A DNA stretch of 63,999 bases, filler included, from Reticulomyxa filosa (Eukaryota > Protista > Foraminifera), in NCBI GenBank assembly GCA_000512085.1. It is 16 parts of 16 records of this genome, joined end to end, with 100 filler letters (N's around TTAATTAATTAA, not from the genome) between each part and the next. Parts side by side here need not be neighbours in the genome. Positions count along the whole stretch, not along the records: positions 48,394 to 53,812 come from ASPP01027780.1; positions 53,913 to 62,814 come from ASPP01023963.1; 14 more parts are not named here. One strand, given 5' to 3'. The notes below the pieces were generated by a model. It saw only the letters and a program-made list of their open reading frames with translations, searched no databases and was not told where the DNA came from. The position numbers and the translations under genes were made by a program. Of this stretch, positions 48,640 to 62,033 are shown piece by piece (the stretch's first letter is position 1; every line of letters starts with the position of its first letter).

Positions 48640-49170
48640 AATGATTGATTGTCTCTAATTATAGGAATGTTTCAAGAAAAAAAAGCATACAACAAAAAAA
48701 GATGGCATTGTAGGCTGCATTACAAGCAGTAATCTCGTACATTGCATACTTCTTTCCAACAATCCATTTGGAACATCTTCAGTACTCGGAATCAAATAGA
48801 TATTCACGTTTCACAAGAAGGTGGATCATGACGCGATCCCAAATTGAAATATGTTGGTTGTTTATTATAATATTCAATCCCACTCGCCCACACGACATTC
48901 ACTTGACTGTTTTTTGATATCCAGACCTTGCGTCGTTTGATATCTGCAATGAAAATAATTGGCATCATCCGATGAATAATTTGTACAATCATACTTGATC
49001 ACATTTTCCACATATCAATCCTGTGTTATCATCCTTTAGTATATCCACAGGTCAAATTCACTATCTTTATTCCACTTGATGTAAACGCTGACAGAAAATA
49101 ACTTACTCCACAGTTGATATTTCAACAATGTAATGTACTGTAGAAAGATAAACGGCTCTTGCTACACAAA
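48640..49170 (-). mobile_element. Possible decayed Tc1/mariner-type transposase
   Basis: Fragments VARAVYLSTVHYIV (HTH-like), YSSDDANYF (cf. FSDE..F), RRKVWI..QVNVVWASGI (cf. VMVWGGI). Many stops. Confidence 0.25.
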
Positions 49171-50194
49171 AAAACTTGCAATCATATGTATTGACAATAA
49201 GATCCTTCTCCTTCTTGCATTGTCTTCGTTGTGACAATCAGTATTTTAGTTTCAATAATATTCTCAATAGTAGCAAAGGTTTAATTTATGTGTTGCATTA
49301 TTTTCCTTGCAATGAAATAATTGATAAACATTGACCGATATTGAAGTGCTATCAAATGATAATAAATAAATTAAAGATACAAGATCTTTTCAACTGCTTC
49401 AACAGATGAATCTCTTTATGTATAAAAAAAATGCATAGAATGATCTCGAAAGCTTTGAAAATAGCAAAAAAGATGAAATGATGAAGGATAAAAAAATTTT
49501 AAAAATGGAACTAACCGCCTAACTCCTTTTGAACCAAAACAAGCCAAATTATGATGCTACATTTACCAAATCTTGACCTTTTAATTTTAAAATTAACTTT
49601 AAAGGCTTGTTTTGACAATTTTTGAAAGTATTTGTTTCAATCATTTACACGCAATTTTATCTTTGTCTCATCAAAAAAAAAACCATCATACAATAATTTA
49701 AAATATTATTTTTAAGTATGTTTTAAATTTGAAGCTTGCATTAATATAATTATCTTCTAACTTTGGCTTTTTTTTTAGTCGCTGCAATAAAACAATTCCA
49801 AAGGACAGGAATTTAAATGACAACCAAAAATTTTTAAAAAAACGATCAAACAATAAAAAAAAATTCATATTTAAAAACTACAAGATTTTTATATATTAAA
49901 AAAATTAAGGTTAAATGTTATTTTTCATGGAGAAAATCTATTCTCTTCATAATAGTACCACTTATGTATGGCAGTTTTTTCTGGAATATACTGTATATTA
50001 CCACAAACATCAAAAATTGTAACAAAATATTGTCAAGATAAAGATAATTCTATTCGTAAAATGTATGAACAAATGTGAAAAAAAAAATAAACAATCAAGT
50101 TCAAAAAACTATCTTAACTTTAAAGTTTGCTCTGCTGTCTGTTGAAAAAGTTTGAAGGGTCACGAAGGAAAAAACCAAGTTTTCGTGGTGTGTC

Positions 50195-50422
50195 ATGAAC
50201 GATCAAGTGTTAGCGTTTTTGCTGATAGTATGTTCCGGATTGATGTCTCCCTTGGGAGCATTGATTGCGACTTGTGCGCCATCTCATCAAGTGCGCTTTG
50301 TGCCCGTGGCCCTTGGGCTTAGTGTGGGAGTGTTGGTATGGGTAGCGCTTATAGATCTGCATCCGGAAGCACTCCAATTTTTTGAAGACGCATTTGATAT
50401 TTGTGAATTTGACGATATTTGA
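50195..50422 (+). pseudogene. ZIP (ZupT/GufA-like) metal transporter N-terminal fragment, TM1-TM2 only
   Basis: LAFLLIVCSGLMSPLGAL..VALGLSVGVLVWVALIDLHPEA. Followed by a stop and AT-rich unrelated sequence, with no downstream ZIP exons visible. Confidence 0.6.
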
Positions 50423-51897
50423 TATGTTTAGGATATTTCAAAATATTCCACAAAATATTCAAACACATTTTTCGAAGTATTTTAAATTCATTTTCTTCTT
50501 GAGATCTATTATTTTACAGATTTTATTTATTTTATATTTTATATTTTATTTACATTTAACCATTAATTTGGAAGTTGCACAAATCTCGAATATTGTTAGT
50601 AGGTATCATAATAAATTTGATTGTAATTTTCCATGTCTGTGATATTGTCTCTTTTTCTAGCTTATTGCCAAAGTCTTTGAATAGATCCATCATATAATGT
50701 TGTTGTAAATTTGTGTTGTATTAAAATATATAAAGCAATGATTTGTTAAAAAATATTGAAATGTTTTTGTTAGTAAAAAAGAGAAAAGAGAATAATTGTT
50801 ACATGTTCTCTGTTAGCAGGTTAAGACATTCTTTGTCTTTCAGCATCTTGCTTAAGCCATTCCAATACATCTGAAATGATTTCTTCCTTAATCTCGGGGA
50901 ACGTCTGTTGAAGTTGTGTAAGCATGATGATGATGAAGTTAACTGCAAAAGAAAACCCTTTTTTTGAACGCTTAAAAATTGAATTATGTAATTGGTGAGC
51001 AAGAAGGTGAGAAAAAATGGACACCATATTGTGTGGACATTGTCAAATGGAATTAGTGCACAAATACTCAAAGAGCTGGTGAAAATAGAAGCAACACTCG
51101 AGCTTAAAAGCGAATTACTGGTGTTTATGATATAGTTGCAATGGGACTGTAAGGTTTAAAGAAGTATCACCTAGCTATATAAGAGTTGTAATGCCACGTG
51201 CGTGAAAAGGCAGGCTTTCTTATAAGCGCAGTAAATAAATCGAAATGATAAGGAAAAATGAAAGGAATCAGTTGTCTTACGAGATAACATAAAACTGGAA
51301 CCAATTCTATTAACAACTGATAAGGTGACCACGGCAAATCATACACACGTGCTGCATTGTAGAGACGAAGTTACTACAAATGTCGCAGTTGATTCAAGTC
51401 CAAACAAGTGACAAATTGTATCAAAATCAAATAGTTAAACAATAAGAAGAAATATTCAAAGAAAGACTGCAGAAACACTTGTTTCACAAATACACAGACT
51501 AGTCTCAAGCAGAATATTCCAATTAGTGTGCAATTGCTGTAACGTTTGTACTTCAACAGCATGAGGGTATCACTTACCAATAGTCAGTTTCAACTCGCAA
51601 ACGCATATGACGCATTTGTATCATTGCTTCTGACAATCCCACTGATAAGCAAAGCATGATAATAATTATAAGTACAACATCGTCAAAAAAAACACTTGAC
51701 TCCAATGCAATTGTGGTCAAACCAAATTCCGATTCATGGTTACGAAAACTAAAAATGACATTGACATGTTCAATTTTTTTGTGCTTCATCAATCAAATAA
51801 AAAATGTCATGTAAAATACCTTTTTTGTATTTTTAAAAGGGTCACATCCTCTTTTTTAAAAAAATTAAACTTAAAAAACTTCAGCAACATTAACAAC

Positions 51898-52215
51898 ATG
51901 TGTAATCAAACTACAACATAACAACCTCCTGAAAGAGAGACTAAAGAAAGTCAACATCTTATTACTCCCTTCAAACTTTAAAAAAGTTACCTATTCCACT
52001 TGACCGAACTCAATGTGTTCTACACAAACATGAACTCCTCATTTGTGGAGGTTATTATAACAATAATTGTATTCTTATCATACACTCAAAAACGAATATA
52101 AGTTTATCTGTGAGTATCCAAGTAATGTTGAATTATTTGGACACTGTGTAGTGAAACTGATAAATAATAATAACAAAGACAGGAATCACTTTGTTGTCTT
52201 TTGGGTCTCATCGGA
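51898..52215 (+). pseudogene. Truncated Kelch-family gene copy
   Basis: QCVLHKHELLICGG..YSYHTLKNEYKFICEYPSNVELFGHCVVKL, near-identical to 52735-53000. Confidence 0.75.
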
Positions 52216-52734
52216 ATTGCAAGGGTATACAAAATGTTTTTATTTTCATAATTATTTTTTTTTATCTTTTTTGCTTGTTATATCCCTAATCTACCCCTAA
52301 ATTCCAAAACAAACAAATTTTTTTAATTGTGAGCAATAACAATCGAAAATATGTAAAAGAGACTTTTCCATTGTCTAAACTTACTTTCAATATTTCCTAA
52401 AAGTCTCGATATTTTAGAGCAAACATCATTTGATACATACAACTTTGTAAATTTGTTATTGAAAAAAACTTTATTGTTTTCAATCCTTCAATAATTTGTA
52501 TTAAGATACTTTATTGTATTTTAGTTAGGTCACTAAATAACAAGCAGACAAGTATGTCTCACATCTTTGTCTTCCTTAAAAAAAAAAAAAGACATCAGTT
52601 CAACATTGAGTTTGTTGTTTATGTATTACATATTGCCACGTAAAACAACTTATTTGTTTTTTCAAAATGGTTACACCAAGTCCTTTTTTTAAAAAAGTTA
52701 AAAACTGCTTAAAAAAATTCACAACATTAACGAA

Positions 52735-53812
52735 ATGGGTAATCGAAATACAACTCACTTTCAAAATTTGAAGGAGTTGCCCACTCCACTTTCTCATTCT
52801 CAATGTGTGCTACACAAACACGAACTCCTCATTTGCGGAGGTGTTCCTCAAAGAATTTGTTATTCTTATCATACAATCAAAAATGAATATAAGTTTATCT
52901 GTGAGTATCCAAGAAATGTTCAATTATATGGACACTGCGTAGTGAAACTGGTAGATAACAATAAAGACAGAAGTCAAATCACTTTGTTGTCTTTTGGATC
53001 TGATTGGAATAGATATTCTAAACACACATTGATAATGAAATATGTAAGTGTTTGGAGTGATGACAACAGTAATGATAAAAATAAAACGAATAAATCAAAA
53101 AAAAAAATCAATTCAAATCAAATAATTACAATCAATGGATTCCTTTCACAGACAATCGCAATCATCCAATTATCATTGGAAGAGATAATGATGATTATAT
53201 AGGAGCGCGTGCATTGATTGGTGGAATCAACAATCATTTGTTATTTATCACTTATTTACCAAAGAATATTAGTGTGTTTGATTTAAAAACATTTCAATTT
53301 ATTAAACATGATACTTTACCAACTAATTGTATTCAATATCATTGCTTTGTATCAAAATCAGAAAATGGACAAGTACAAGAAATGATAAAAACAAATCAAA
53401 AAAATAAACAAAATTACCAAATGCTGTTGTTTTGTGAAAAGACAGGATTATCAATTAAATATAATGAAGATAACAATGCTTTTCAATTTCAGAAACTACC
53501 TGTTTGTGATGATATTGCACCATTCTATGAATATGCATATGTGTGTATCAATGATTTCATCTTGTTCTTTGGTGGATCAAATTATCCTGATGTTTCAAAA
53601 TCAGTGTATAAGTATTCAATTCGAGAAAACAAATGGATGACATTTCAAGACACTTTACCCAGTCCATTGAGAGATTGTGTTGCAATATTAAGTGAAAAAG
53701 ACAATGATATACACATAATTGGAGGAGTCAATGATAAAGATATAAAAGTATCAAGTCACATGAAGACAAAAGTGCGTGCATGGGATCCTTCACAGTTGGT
53801 AATAATTTATTA
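52735..53812 (+). CDS. Lineage-expanded Kelch-repeat protein with a putative N-myristoylation start (MGNRNT); frameshift in the A-run near 53100
   Basis: Kelch blades with GG..Y..W: ELLICGG..YSY, LIGGINN, ILFFGGS..VYKYSIRENKWMT..LPSP, IHIIGG. Confidence 0.8.
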
Positions 53813-54008
53813 NNNNNNNNNNNNNNNNNNNNNNNNNNNNNNNNNNNNNNNNNNNNTTAATTAATTAANNNNNNNNNNNNNNNNNNNNNNNNNNNNNNNN
53901 NNNNNNNNNNNNTTTGATATTTCTCAATCGTACATGTAAAAAAAAAAAAAAACAAATTTCAATGAAATAAAAATGCACACACTGACGGCCACAACAAAAC
54001 ACAAATAG

Positions 54009-56005
54009 TGGGCATTTGGTATGTGGAAAATGTTCCCTGCATCGATTGCCCAAAAGAAAACAACAAGGCAAAAGCGAGGGTACCCCAGTGCGGGTGTGTG
54101 ACAATTGTTTGTTAAGTAAAAAAAAAAAAAAAAAGATTTTTTTTTTTTTTTTGCACACACGTATACGTTATTTGTATAACACATGACTACAAAAAAATAG
54201 CGAAAAACACAACTCAAAAATACCAGAACCTCAAAAGAATGGCGCAGAAACGAAAACAGAAGAAAATTTGAATGCACTGGAAGTCAAGATGTTATCCCCA
54301 AGTGTTTCCAGTGAGGATACAGTGTATCCGAACTTGGATCTTGATGCTTTGTGCAAACACTTTGTTGAAGTTTAAGCCACTTACGTGAGAAAAATAGAGA
54401 GAAGGAGGGGCTTTCTAGTCTCGTAAATGTGCATGTATGTAATATTTTGCAGAGAAAACGGCAGGCGTTAATGAATGGAACCGACAATGAAAAGAAAAGT
54501 AGCAACCACACTGCGAGCGAAACAGATGCAAAAAGTGAAGATTTTACCATAGGTGATTGTAATGTGAGCTTAAGCACAAATTCGAGTTTGGACTTAAATG
54601 CACAACAAAATGAGGTGATCTCAAACAACGCAATCTTCAAAGAAGATTTTGCGTTGATCAAGGCGTTTTTGAAAGAGACAATTTGGCCAGTAGTTACAAA
54701 TTTAACTGATCAAAACAAACAACTCTCTTCAAAGGTCCAAGCATTGTCTATGGAACTGCAATCACTGCGTGATGGTGTTGTCGAGGACAATGTATTTTCG
54801 CCAATTACTCCGTTGTCCAATTTTTTCAGCGTAAGTTTTTCCCATCAAATAGGTCATATCTTATCCGCACTTTTTCATTTTATCTGTACATTAAAAATGT
54901 CTGTATGCGTTGCAAATCGTACATTTTAGAATCAAAAAGAAAATGGACAAGAAATATCCTGCCAACAAACAGACCAAGTTGTGAATGCAGCAGAGAATCA
55001 AACTCAACTTGTCCAAGTTTTGTAAGATTTTGAGCAACAAAAAATCTTTTTTTAAACCTTTACGTCTCACCTTTCGTGCATACTTAGGAAATTGAAGAGC
55101 TGAAGAGAAGGAACGCGCAGTTGCTGAGGCAGTTGGAATGTCATCAGGGCATAGTGTTCGCAAAAAAACATGGACCTGCAAACAATGAAAAAGTTACAAC
55201 TTATTCTAAGCAATATCTGTTGCTTCTTTTTTAAAAAAAGCAAAATTTATGCGTTATTCAAACGCTCATCCTTTTTGCAACATGTGGAATAATAGTTACA
55301 TCGCAATTGTGACAAATGCCATAAAACTATTGACGGCAGAGCATTTGAATCATTCACAGGAGGGTTATATCATCACAAATGTTTTGTCTGTGATTTATGC
55401 CAGTTAATTTTTTTTTTTTGCGTTTGCTTTTCCTGCTCCTTTGGCACATTGATTTCAACCAGTTGTTTTTTTTCTCACTGTTTTGCATCCAAAAAGAAAA
55501 GGACTGATCGGACAAAAATTTGCAACATCAACAAACAATGATGGGTCGGCAGTATACTATTGTGCCGATTGTACAAAAGATTATAACGACGAACAACTGA
55601 AAATAGCCGAGAAAGAAAATGAAAAGTTAACAGAAACAATAAGGCAGTTGACAGACAGTGATAGTCCTTCATTTTCCCCATCTGCTATAAATAAAAGTGA
55701 TGGCAAACGTGGGATATGCTCCAAGTGCAATGGTATCATTATTGGAAGAGCTGTTCAAACCTCAACTAGGGAACTAATTCATTTGGATTGTTTCAATTGT
55801 GACAATTGCCAGTTTTGTTTTGTATTTTTTGATATATATTTTAGTAGTATGAAAGTTGGCTATGTTTGTGGATTCTTAATTTAGATCAAAGCTAGTTGGA
55901 AAAATGTATGGTTTAGTATACGTAGACAATTCCAAAAAAAGGCATTGTACTGCTTGCATGAAGTTTTCAACTAGTCAAAATACACAAATTACTAGTCAAA
56001 ACTAA
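54009..56005 (+). CDS. FYVE (C-terminal half) + coiled-coil + two LIM domains, multi-exon, 5' truncated
   Basis: Exon 54009-54110 is GHLVCGKCSLHRLP..PVRVCDNCF (FYVE). Intron 54111-54200 keeps frame. LIM1 is CDKC..YHHKCFVCDLC..YYCADC. LIM2 is CSKC..IHLDCFNCDNC..HCTAC. Confidence 0.78.
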
Positions 56006-56485
56006 CAGTTTGTGACAATTATTTGTTGCTCATGTTTGATCAAAAAAACCGTGACTATTTGTGTAATCTTTTTCTTTTTTTTCCAATTTTGAGTTTGTTT
56101 CAATTTGCAAGGCAAGTGTTTTTGTGATATTATTAAATAATCACCTATATATTACATTTCGTGTTGTACGTGTGACAAGCATGATAAATTATCTTAATTA
56201 TTTGCGTTTCTTTTTGTGATGATAAATGTTTTCTTTTGCTTGATTTGAGTATTTATTTTATTGCAAATGTCACAAAGCAATAGAAAATGTATTATAGTTA
56301 ATACAGCAAAGACAAAATCCAAAACTATCGGGATGACTGTCTACTATAAACATTATATATTCTACATTGCATGAATGTGGTCGTTTCACTTAATAATACA
56401 CTCAAGTAAGATAACAGTTTTGTTTTCTTGTAGGTTAACAAACAAGAAACAAGGGAACAAAGCAGAAAAACTCGAAAAAAGAATA

Positions 56486-59400
56486 ATGACTGGGTTGAGA
56501 AAATCGGGCTGTCCTTCTTTGGACGAATATCTTGCTTCTTCGATTGTTAGTACGTTAAGTTGCATCTATCTTTTTTTTACCTTTGGTTGGAAGCTTCATG
56601 CTAAGCCAAACCTTTGACACGGGCAGATTGATCGGTTAAGGCCAATCAAACAAGCCCTTACTCATGATTTGGGGCTGAACGATAATCAGCTTAGTGGGCA
56701 ATCTTTGGCAACCTTATGTTTTCAAATAAACCGTTGGATGGATCGATGGATGGGAAGAGATGTTAAGTATTTGTGGAGCGAAAGATAAAATGAAAAGTGA
56801 AGACAATTGGATGACAAATGTGTGCTGGGGGGTTCACAAAAAAAAAAAAAATGATAACGGCAACAAAAAGTCTCATCATCCACGTCCTGCTACTCGAATA
56901 GACGCACACGTCATAAATGATTTTGATCTGAATGGAGGGTTGAGACATACGTTGGGATTTGTGTTAAGCTACGGACAGAAACAAAAATGGAATGAAATTC
57001 CCTTTGATGACCCCACCATGCATTCGCAAATGTGTAACATGTTTCAACAGCTGTGGCGTTATCTTCGAGTTTGACTTCATCTTATAAAAAAACAGCAACA
57101 GTCACAAAGGGCACGAAACAATTTCTTTTTTTTTTTTTAGCAATTTCAAAGTCCCTTTTTTTTCCCCCCCCCCCTTCCTCATTAGGAAAAAAACTTCATT
57201 CCAGAACGAAGGATTTACTTGGACGAAAGTCTTGATATTGGCAGCAGGAATCGATTGGCAAAACTAGTGGAGCGCCACGGTGCCGAACTTGTTGATCATC
57301 CATCCAAAGCATCACATGTACAAAACAAAAAACAAAACAAATCTTAACTTGGCACTTTTGTGTACTCATTATTACACCAGATGTAGGCAAAGACCTTCTC
57401 GGATTATCGCAAAAAAAACTTTTTTTTCTTCCCCCTCCCCTTCTTCTATAAGGATGAAACTTACATTTTTCAATCCTTTAATCAATCAATTCCACGAATA
57501 AAATAAAATAAAAAAAGATAATACTTCCTGATAATGATGATATGAAAGGAGATGATGACAGTAACGATTTACGGACATTAGAGATTGATTCGAAACACAA
57601 TAAGACACTTGTTCATTGGTGGTTTTATCCCGCCAGTTACAACGAGTGGATTGAGTCTAGCTTGGTTGAAGGAGACGTGATCGATTCTTATAACTCAAAC
57701 GACGCATGGCATTTGGTCAACCTTTGTTTGTTCTGGTGCATGTGCATGTGTCTCCGAAACATGTACACATAAGTATATTTGTGTGGGGTGTCAACAGGGA
57801 GAGAGATTTCTCAATGATTTAGAGCGATACAATGAATGGATGGTGGAACTCGATTACGAGATTGTCGAAGACGAATTGGAATCTGCAAAAGAAGAAGAAG
57901 AAGAAGAAGAAGGAGATGATGACGAAGAAGAAACAAAAACAGACGATCGAAGCCAAAGAAATAAATGTGAGTTACCTATCACCACAATTGATGTGGCCAA
58001 TGCTACCACGGACAAAGTGTACACAAAGGATACGAGTGATATGGGCATCAAAGGAGATATGAAAACAAACATAGAAGCTGTTGCTAAAAACAGTGCACTC
58101 CACTCACACCCCACTATTGATTCCATTTCCAGTGTAGACAGCAAAGACACACATGCCATTTCCAATCAGACCACCAATGGAAATTTACATGAATCGCATA
58201 CCAAACAAGAGCCACTGTCCTCACAACAACACTTGCAACACCAAAAAGAAAAAGAAAAAAAAGTGGAAAAAGAAGAAGAAGAAGAAAAGACAAATGGGAA
58301 GCAAAATAACAAAGATAAGTTGAATAATTACAAACCAAATGACGAAAAGACATCCCAGTCCATATCCATCACAACCGCGAGTGACTCGTCAAAGAAAACT
58401 CTCAAGCCAAAAATAAACGGACCAGAGAAGAAGCGGGTCTGGAAAGTCCTTCTGCCAAACGCCAAAAGACAGATGTTATGCGCTGTTTGTTGTTGTTTGC
58501 TGTTGTTGACATATATATATATATGTACATTTATATGTACATGCATGGGGTGGACAATATTAGAAACGAACATTGCGACTGAAATTCAATAAAGACAAAA
58601 CGGCCATGAACACAATATCTCGTCCCCCTAGCCAAATCGAAAAGCAAATAGCAGGCAAACCAAAAAATGTTGATCCACAGTCGACAGTTGCGGATAAGTT
58701 TCCCTATTCTGGTCCCATTTTAACCACTATTAAACCAGCCATCCCAGCATATCCTATTGTCATTCCCTCCTACGCTCGGTGGTTTCGCCTCGATCGCATC
58801 CATCCTATCGAGCATCAAGCGCTTATTGACATTTTTTCGGGAAAAGGGATGCATTACCATCAGAGGTATTTAGAAATCCGCAATTTCATTGTTAATTGCT
58901 ATCGCATGAACCCTCGTATTTATCTGGCCGTTACATCGTGTCGACGCTTGCTTGCCGTTATGTACTCTTTCTAACTTTTCCGACTTGCTCTACTTTTTTT
59001 TAAAAAAAAAATACTGTATCAAAGAGGGCTCGTCGCTTGAGGTTGCATTCATTTGTATCATTTCATATTGATATCATAGGCTGATGCAGCGCTCGTTCTT
59101 CAAATTCACAAATTTTTGGAGGAATGGGGGATCATCAACTATCAAGTCGATCCAGGCAGCATTCCTGAATTTGAGCCGCCAATGGTCGATTACACGCACG
59201 TTGACACTCCATTTGGCGTGAAACGAGCCTTGCAACCGGTGTTTGCCACGACGACGACTGGCACGGGACACCACGAGAAACCAAGTGATTGGTCCTCTAT
59301 GAAAAACCGAGAAAATATGGTTGCTTCCGCTGCTGTCGAATATGCAAAAGATATGTCGTTGTCCCATTGCCAAAACGATACCATCTGCATTTTTTGTTCA

Positions 59401-60924
59401 TTGGACTGTACTTATGCTCGGTATCGCAGCAAAATTGACAACTTTGTTATTATTTGTGCAGAATGGTAAGACTCTATTTTCAATCATTATTTTTTTTTTT
59501 TTTTTTTGGTATAAAAAATAACTCTGTTTTTTTTTAAAAAAAACAAAGCTATCAAAACACAAGATATCCTTGCATTTTTACTCCAGAAGATTTTGAGATG
59601 GAACTGTTCCAAATTAAAAAAGAAAAAAAAAGCTCTTCATCGGTGACAAACACCGATGAAAAAACCTCGGAATTAAAACCATCCAATAAAACTGATCACA
59701 AAGCTTCCATCGCGGCGTGGGATCCTCTGCCGAAACATCAACTACTGGAAGCGCTGAGGACTCACAGACCTGATTGGGACAAGTTCAAAAATAATTCACA
59801 TTTCTATTTGCATTAATCCTCATCGCTGTTGATTTGCACATGTTCATATTTGAGGCAGCGTAAGCTTACATGACTTGTCGTTGTGTGGACACTATGTATA
59901 GAATAGCTGCAGAGCTGGGCAAAACCAAAGAAGAAACAGTCGCACAATTTTTACAACAAGCGTTCCATGATCCATTTGTTGAAATGGAAGAAGATGTATC
60001 GGGAAGTGATCTCAAACGCAGCAGTGCATGCCATCAGCAAGTATCTTCGTGGCGCGCGAGAAATGACACATATCTGCGGAGCCAAGACAAATTATTACCA
60101 TTGATGGACCAAAATGATAGCAATGATGCATCCATTGCTGTACCTTCTCCATTTGCGGATGCATCACATCCTATTTTGGGACAAGCTGCAGCGTTAGCAT
60201 CAGTGGTAGGAAGTGACGTTGTGAGTGTCTCTAGCAAAGCTGCACTCGACTATTTGACAGACGAAAATAAGCAACAATTAGGCATTAAGATTGGTGATAG
60301 TGTTCATACAAAATTTGGTCGAGGAATTGTGGAAGATATTGACCTGGACCAAGGCAACTTGATTGTCAAATCCCCAACTAGTGTCATGAACATTAAAATT
60401 ACAGATGTGTTAAATGTCTTTGAGTCCAAAGATAGTGATGTTGTGAAACCTTGGAATTGTTTGCCAACACAAGCTCAAACCAGTCAAGCATTGGCAGCGG
60501 GAATATTAGGAGGGGCCACTATTATCGCAAAAGCTCTAAGAAGACATCATGAGCAAAATGTTCAACAACTGTTGCAACAATTAGTGATTTTGCAAAGCAA
60601 AAAAGTCAAGTTTAGTAATCACAAACAGTCAATACATAAAAAAAAGCATCTTTATTCGAGAATTGGTAGTTTTAATGAAATACTATTGAATTGTGATTTT
60701 TAAATAGAGCAAAGATGCAACAATTGGAAGAATTGTGGTCCGCTCTTATGCACGAGTACGAAGATATTGAGGATTCACGATTACAGTTAATGCGTGAAAG
60801 AATTGAGATCGGAAGACAAAGACTTCAAGTTAACGCGACATTGGCTTCAGCATCGGTTGCCAAGCCAGCCGACAACCTTACTGGTAACTCGAATAGTGAG
60901 AACAACACTCAACTCAAATCGTAA
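56486..60924 (+). CDS. SWI3: SWI/SNF core subunit SWI3/SMARCC (N-terminal SMARCC module, SWIRM, ZZ-like, SANT, C-terminal coiled coil), multi-exon
   Basis: LVHWWFYPASYNEW and NEWMVELDYEI (SMARCC N-module). IVIPSYARWFRLDRIHPIE..YLEIRNFIVNCYRMNPRIYLAVTSCRRLL..HKFLEEWGIINYQVD (SWIRM). LLEAL..DWD..IAAELGKTKEE (SANT). PFADASHPIL..LASVV. EDSRLQLMRER. Confidence 0.92.
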
Positions 60925-62033
60925 ACAGCTCTGTTTTTTAGTCTGATTTTTCAAACACCAAGAACGAGGAGGCTTGCAATTGGAAATTATTTTCACAGTT
61001 TTGTGTTTGCTTGGCACAAAAAAAAGATCTTCTGGTAACAAACACAAATAAAAGAGATCTCTGGCCTCAATGGTTTTCACACCCGTCGTGACTTGTTATC
61101 ATTGCCTTTATTAGGCTGTAATTGTGACTAATTTACTTATATTGCTTTGATTTTTTTTTGTTGTGTGTAAATCATCTTCCCTTCAATACTGTAGGTTAGT
61201 TCAAAAGTGTGTTTGAAAAAAGAGATAATATCGAAAAGATGACCCACAGCAAAATTTTAGACAAATCCAGCATTAAAAATATTTCATTTCAAATATATTT
61301 GTTCGATTTGCACGAATCATTGATAAACAAAATTTTTTAAATGATAAATGTATAGTCCAACCTCAACTGCTGTGAAGTATAGAAGAAAGTCCAATTGTCG
61401 GTTGGATTCCTCCAAATCTTCAGCATACAAATTCAAAAACGGTTGAGGGAAACACAAACAAAAAACTACATTTAAAACCAAGTATGGTCAAAGAAAGAAG
61501 AGAGGAAAAAAAAACAAAACAGAATCCAAAAAAATGCAACCAAGTGCACACGAAAAAATAACAATAGAACATTTTTGTATTTTATTTTTGCTGGTTTGTT
61601 TTTTTTTGTTAATTGCACATTGCCACACAAACAAACACGACTCATCAATTTTTATGCAATTCCATTTTCTGCAACTAGCTTTGATGGTGTGTGATTTTGT
61701 GACAACCTGTCTTCTTTTGCTATGTGTGAAGAACCAATAACAACAAAAAAACCAGCATTCCCATGCACATTAAAAACAAAACTGAACAAATGATAACCAA
61801 AAGAACAGGAAGAAAAAAAAAGCAAACACACCACACTAAATTCAATAACAAGAATACTAATTGAAAAAAGAAAGATAAAAAATAAATTGTACAGCACAAA
61901 CTGAAGAATAAGATAAAAATAAATAAATAAATAACAAAAACAGGACCAGCACATATTTGTGTTGAAATCAATGCTGTGAATTATTCACAGTTTGATTACA
62001 TAATATTTTGAAGACAAATGTGGTTCAGTTCTT

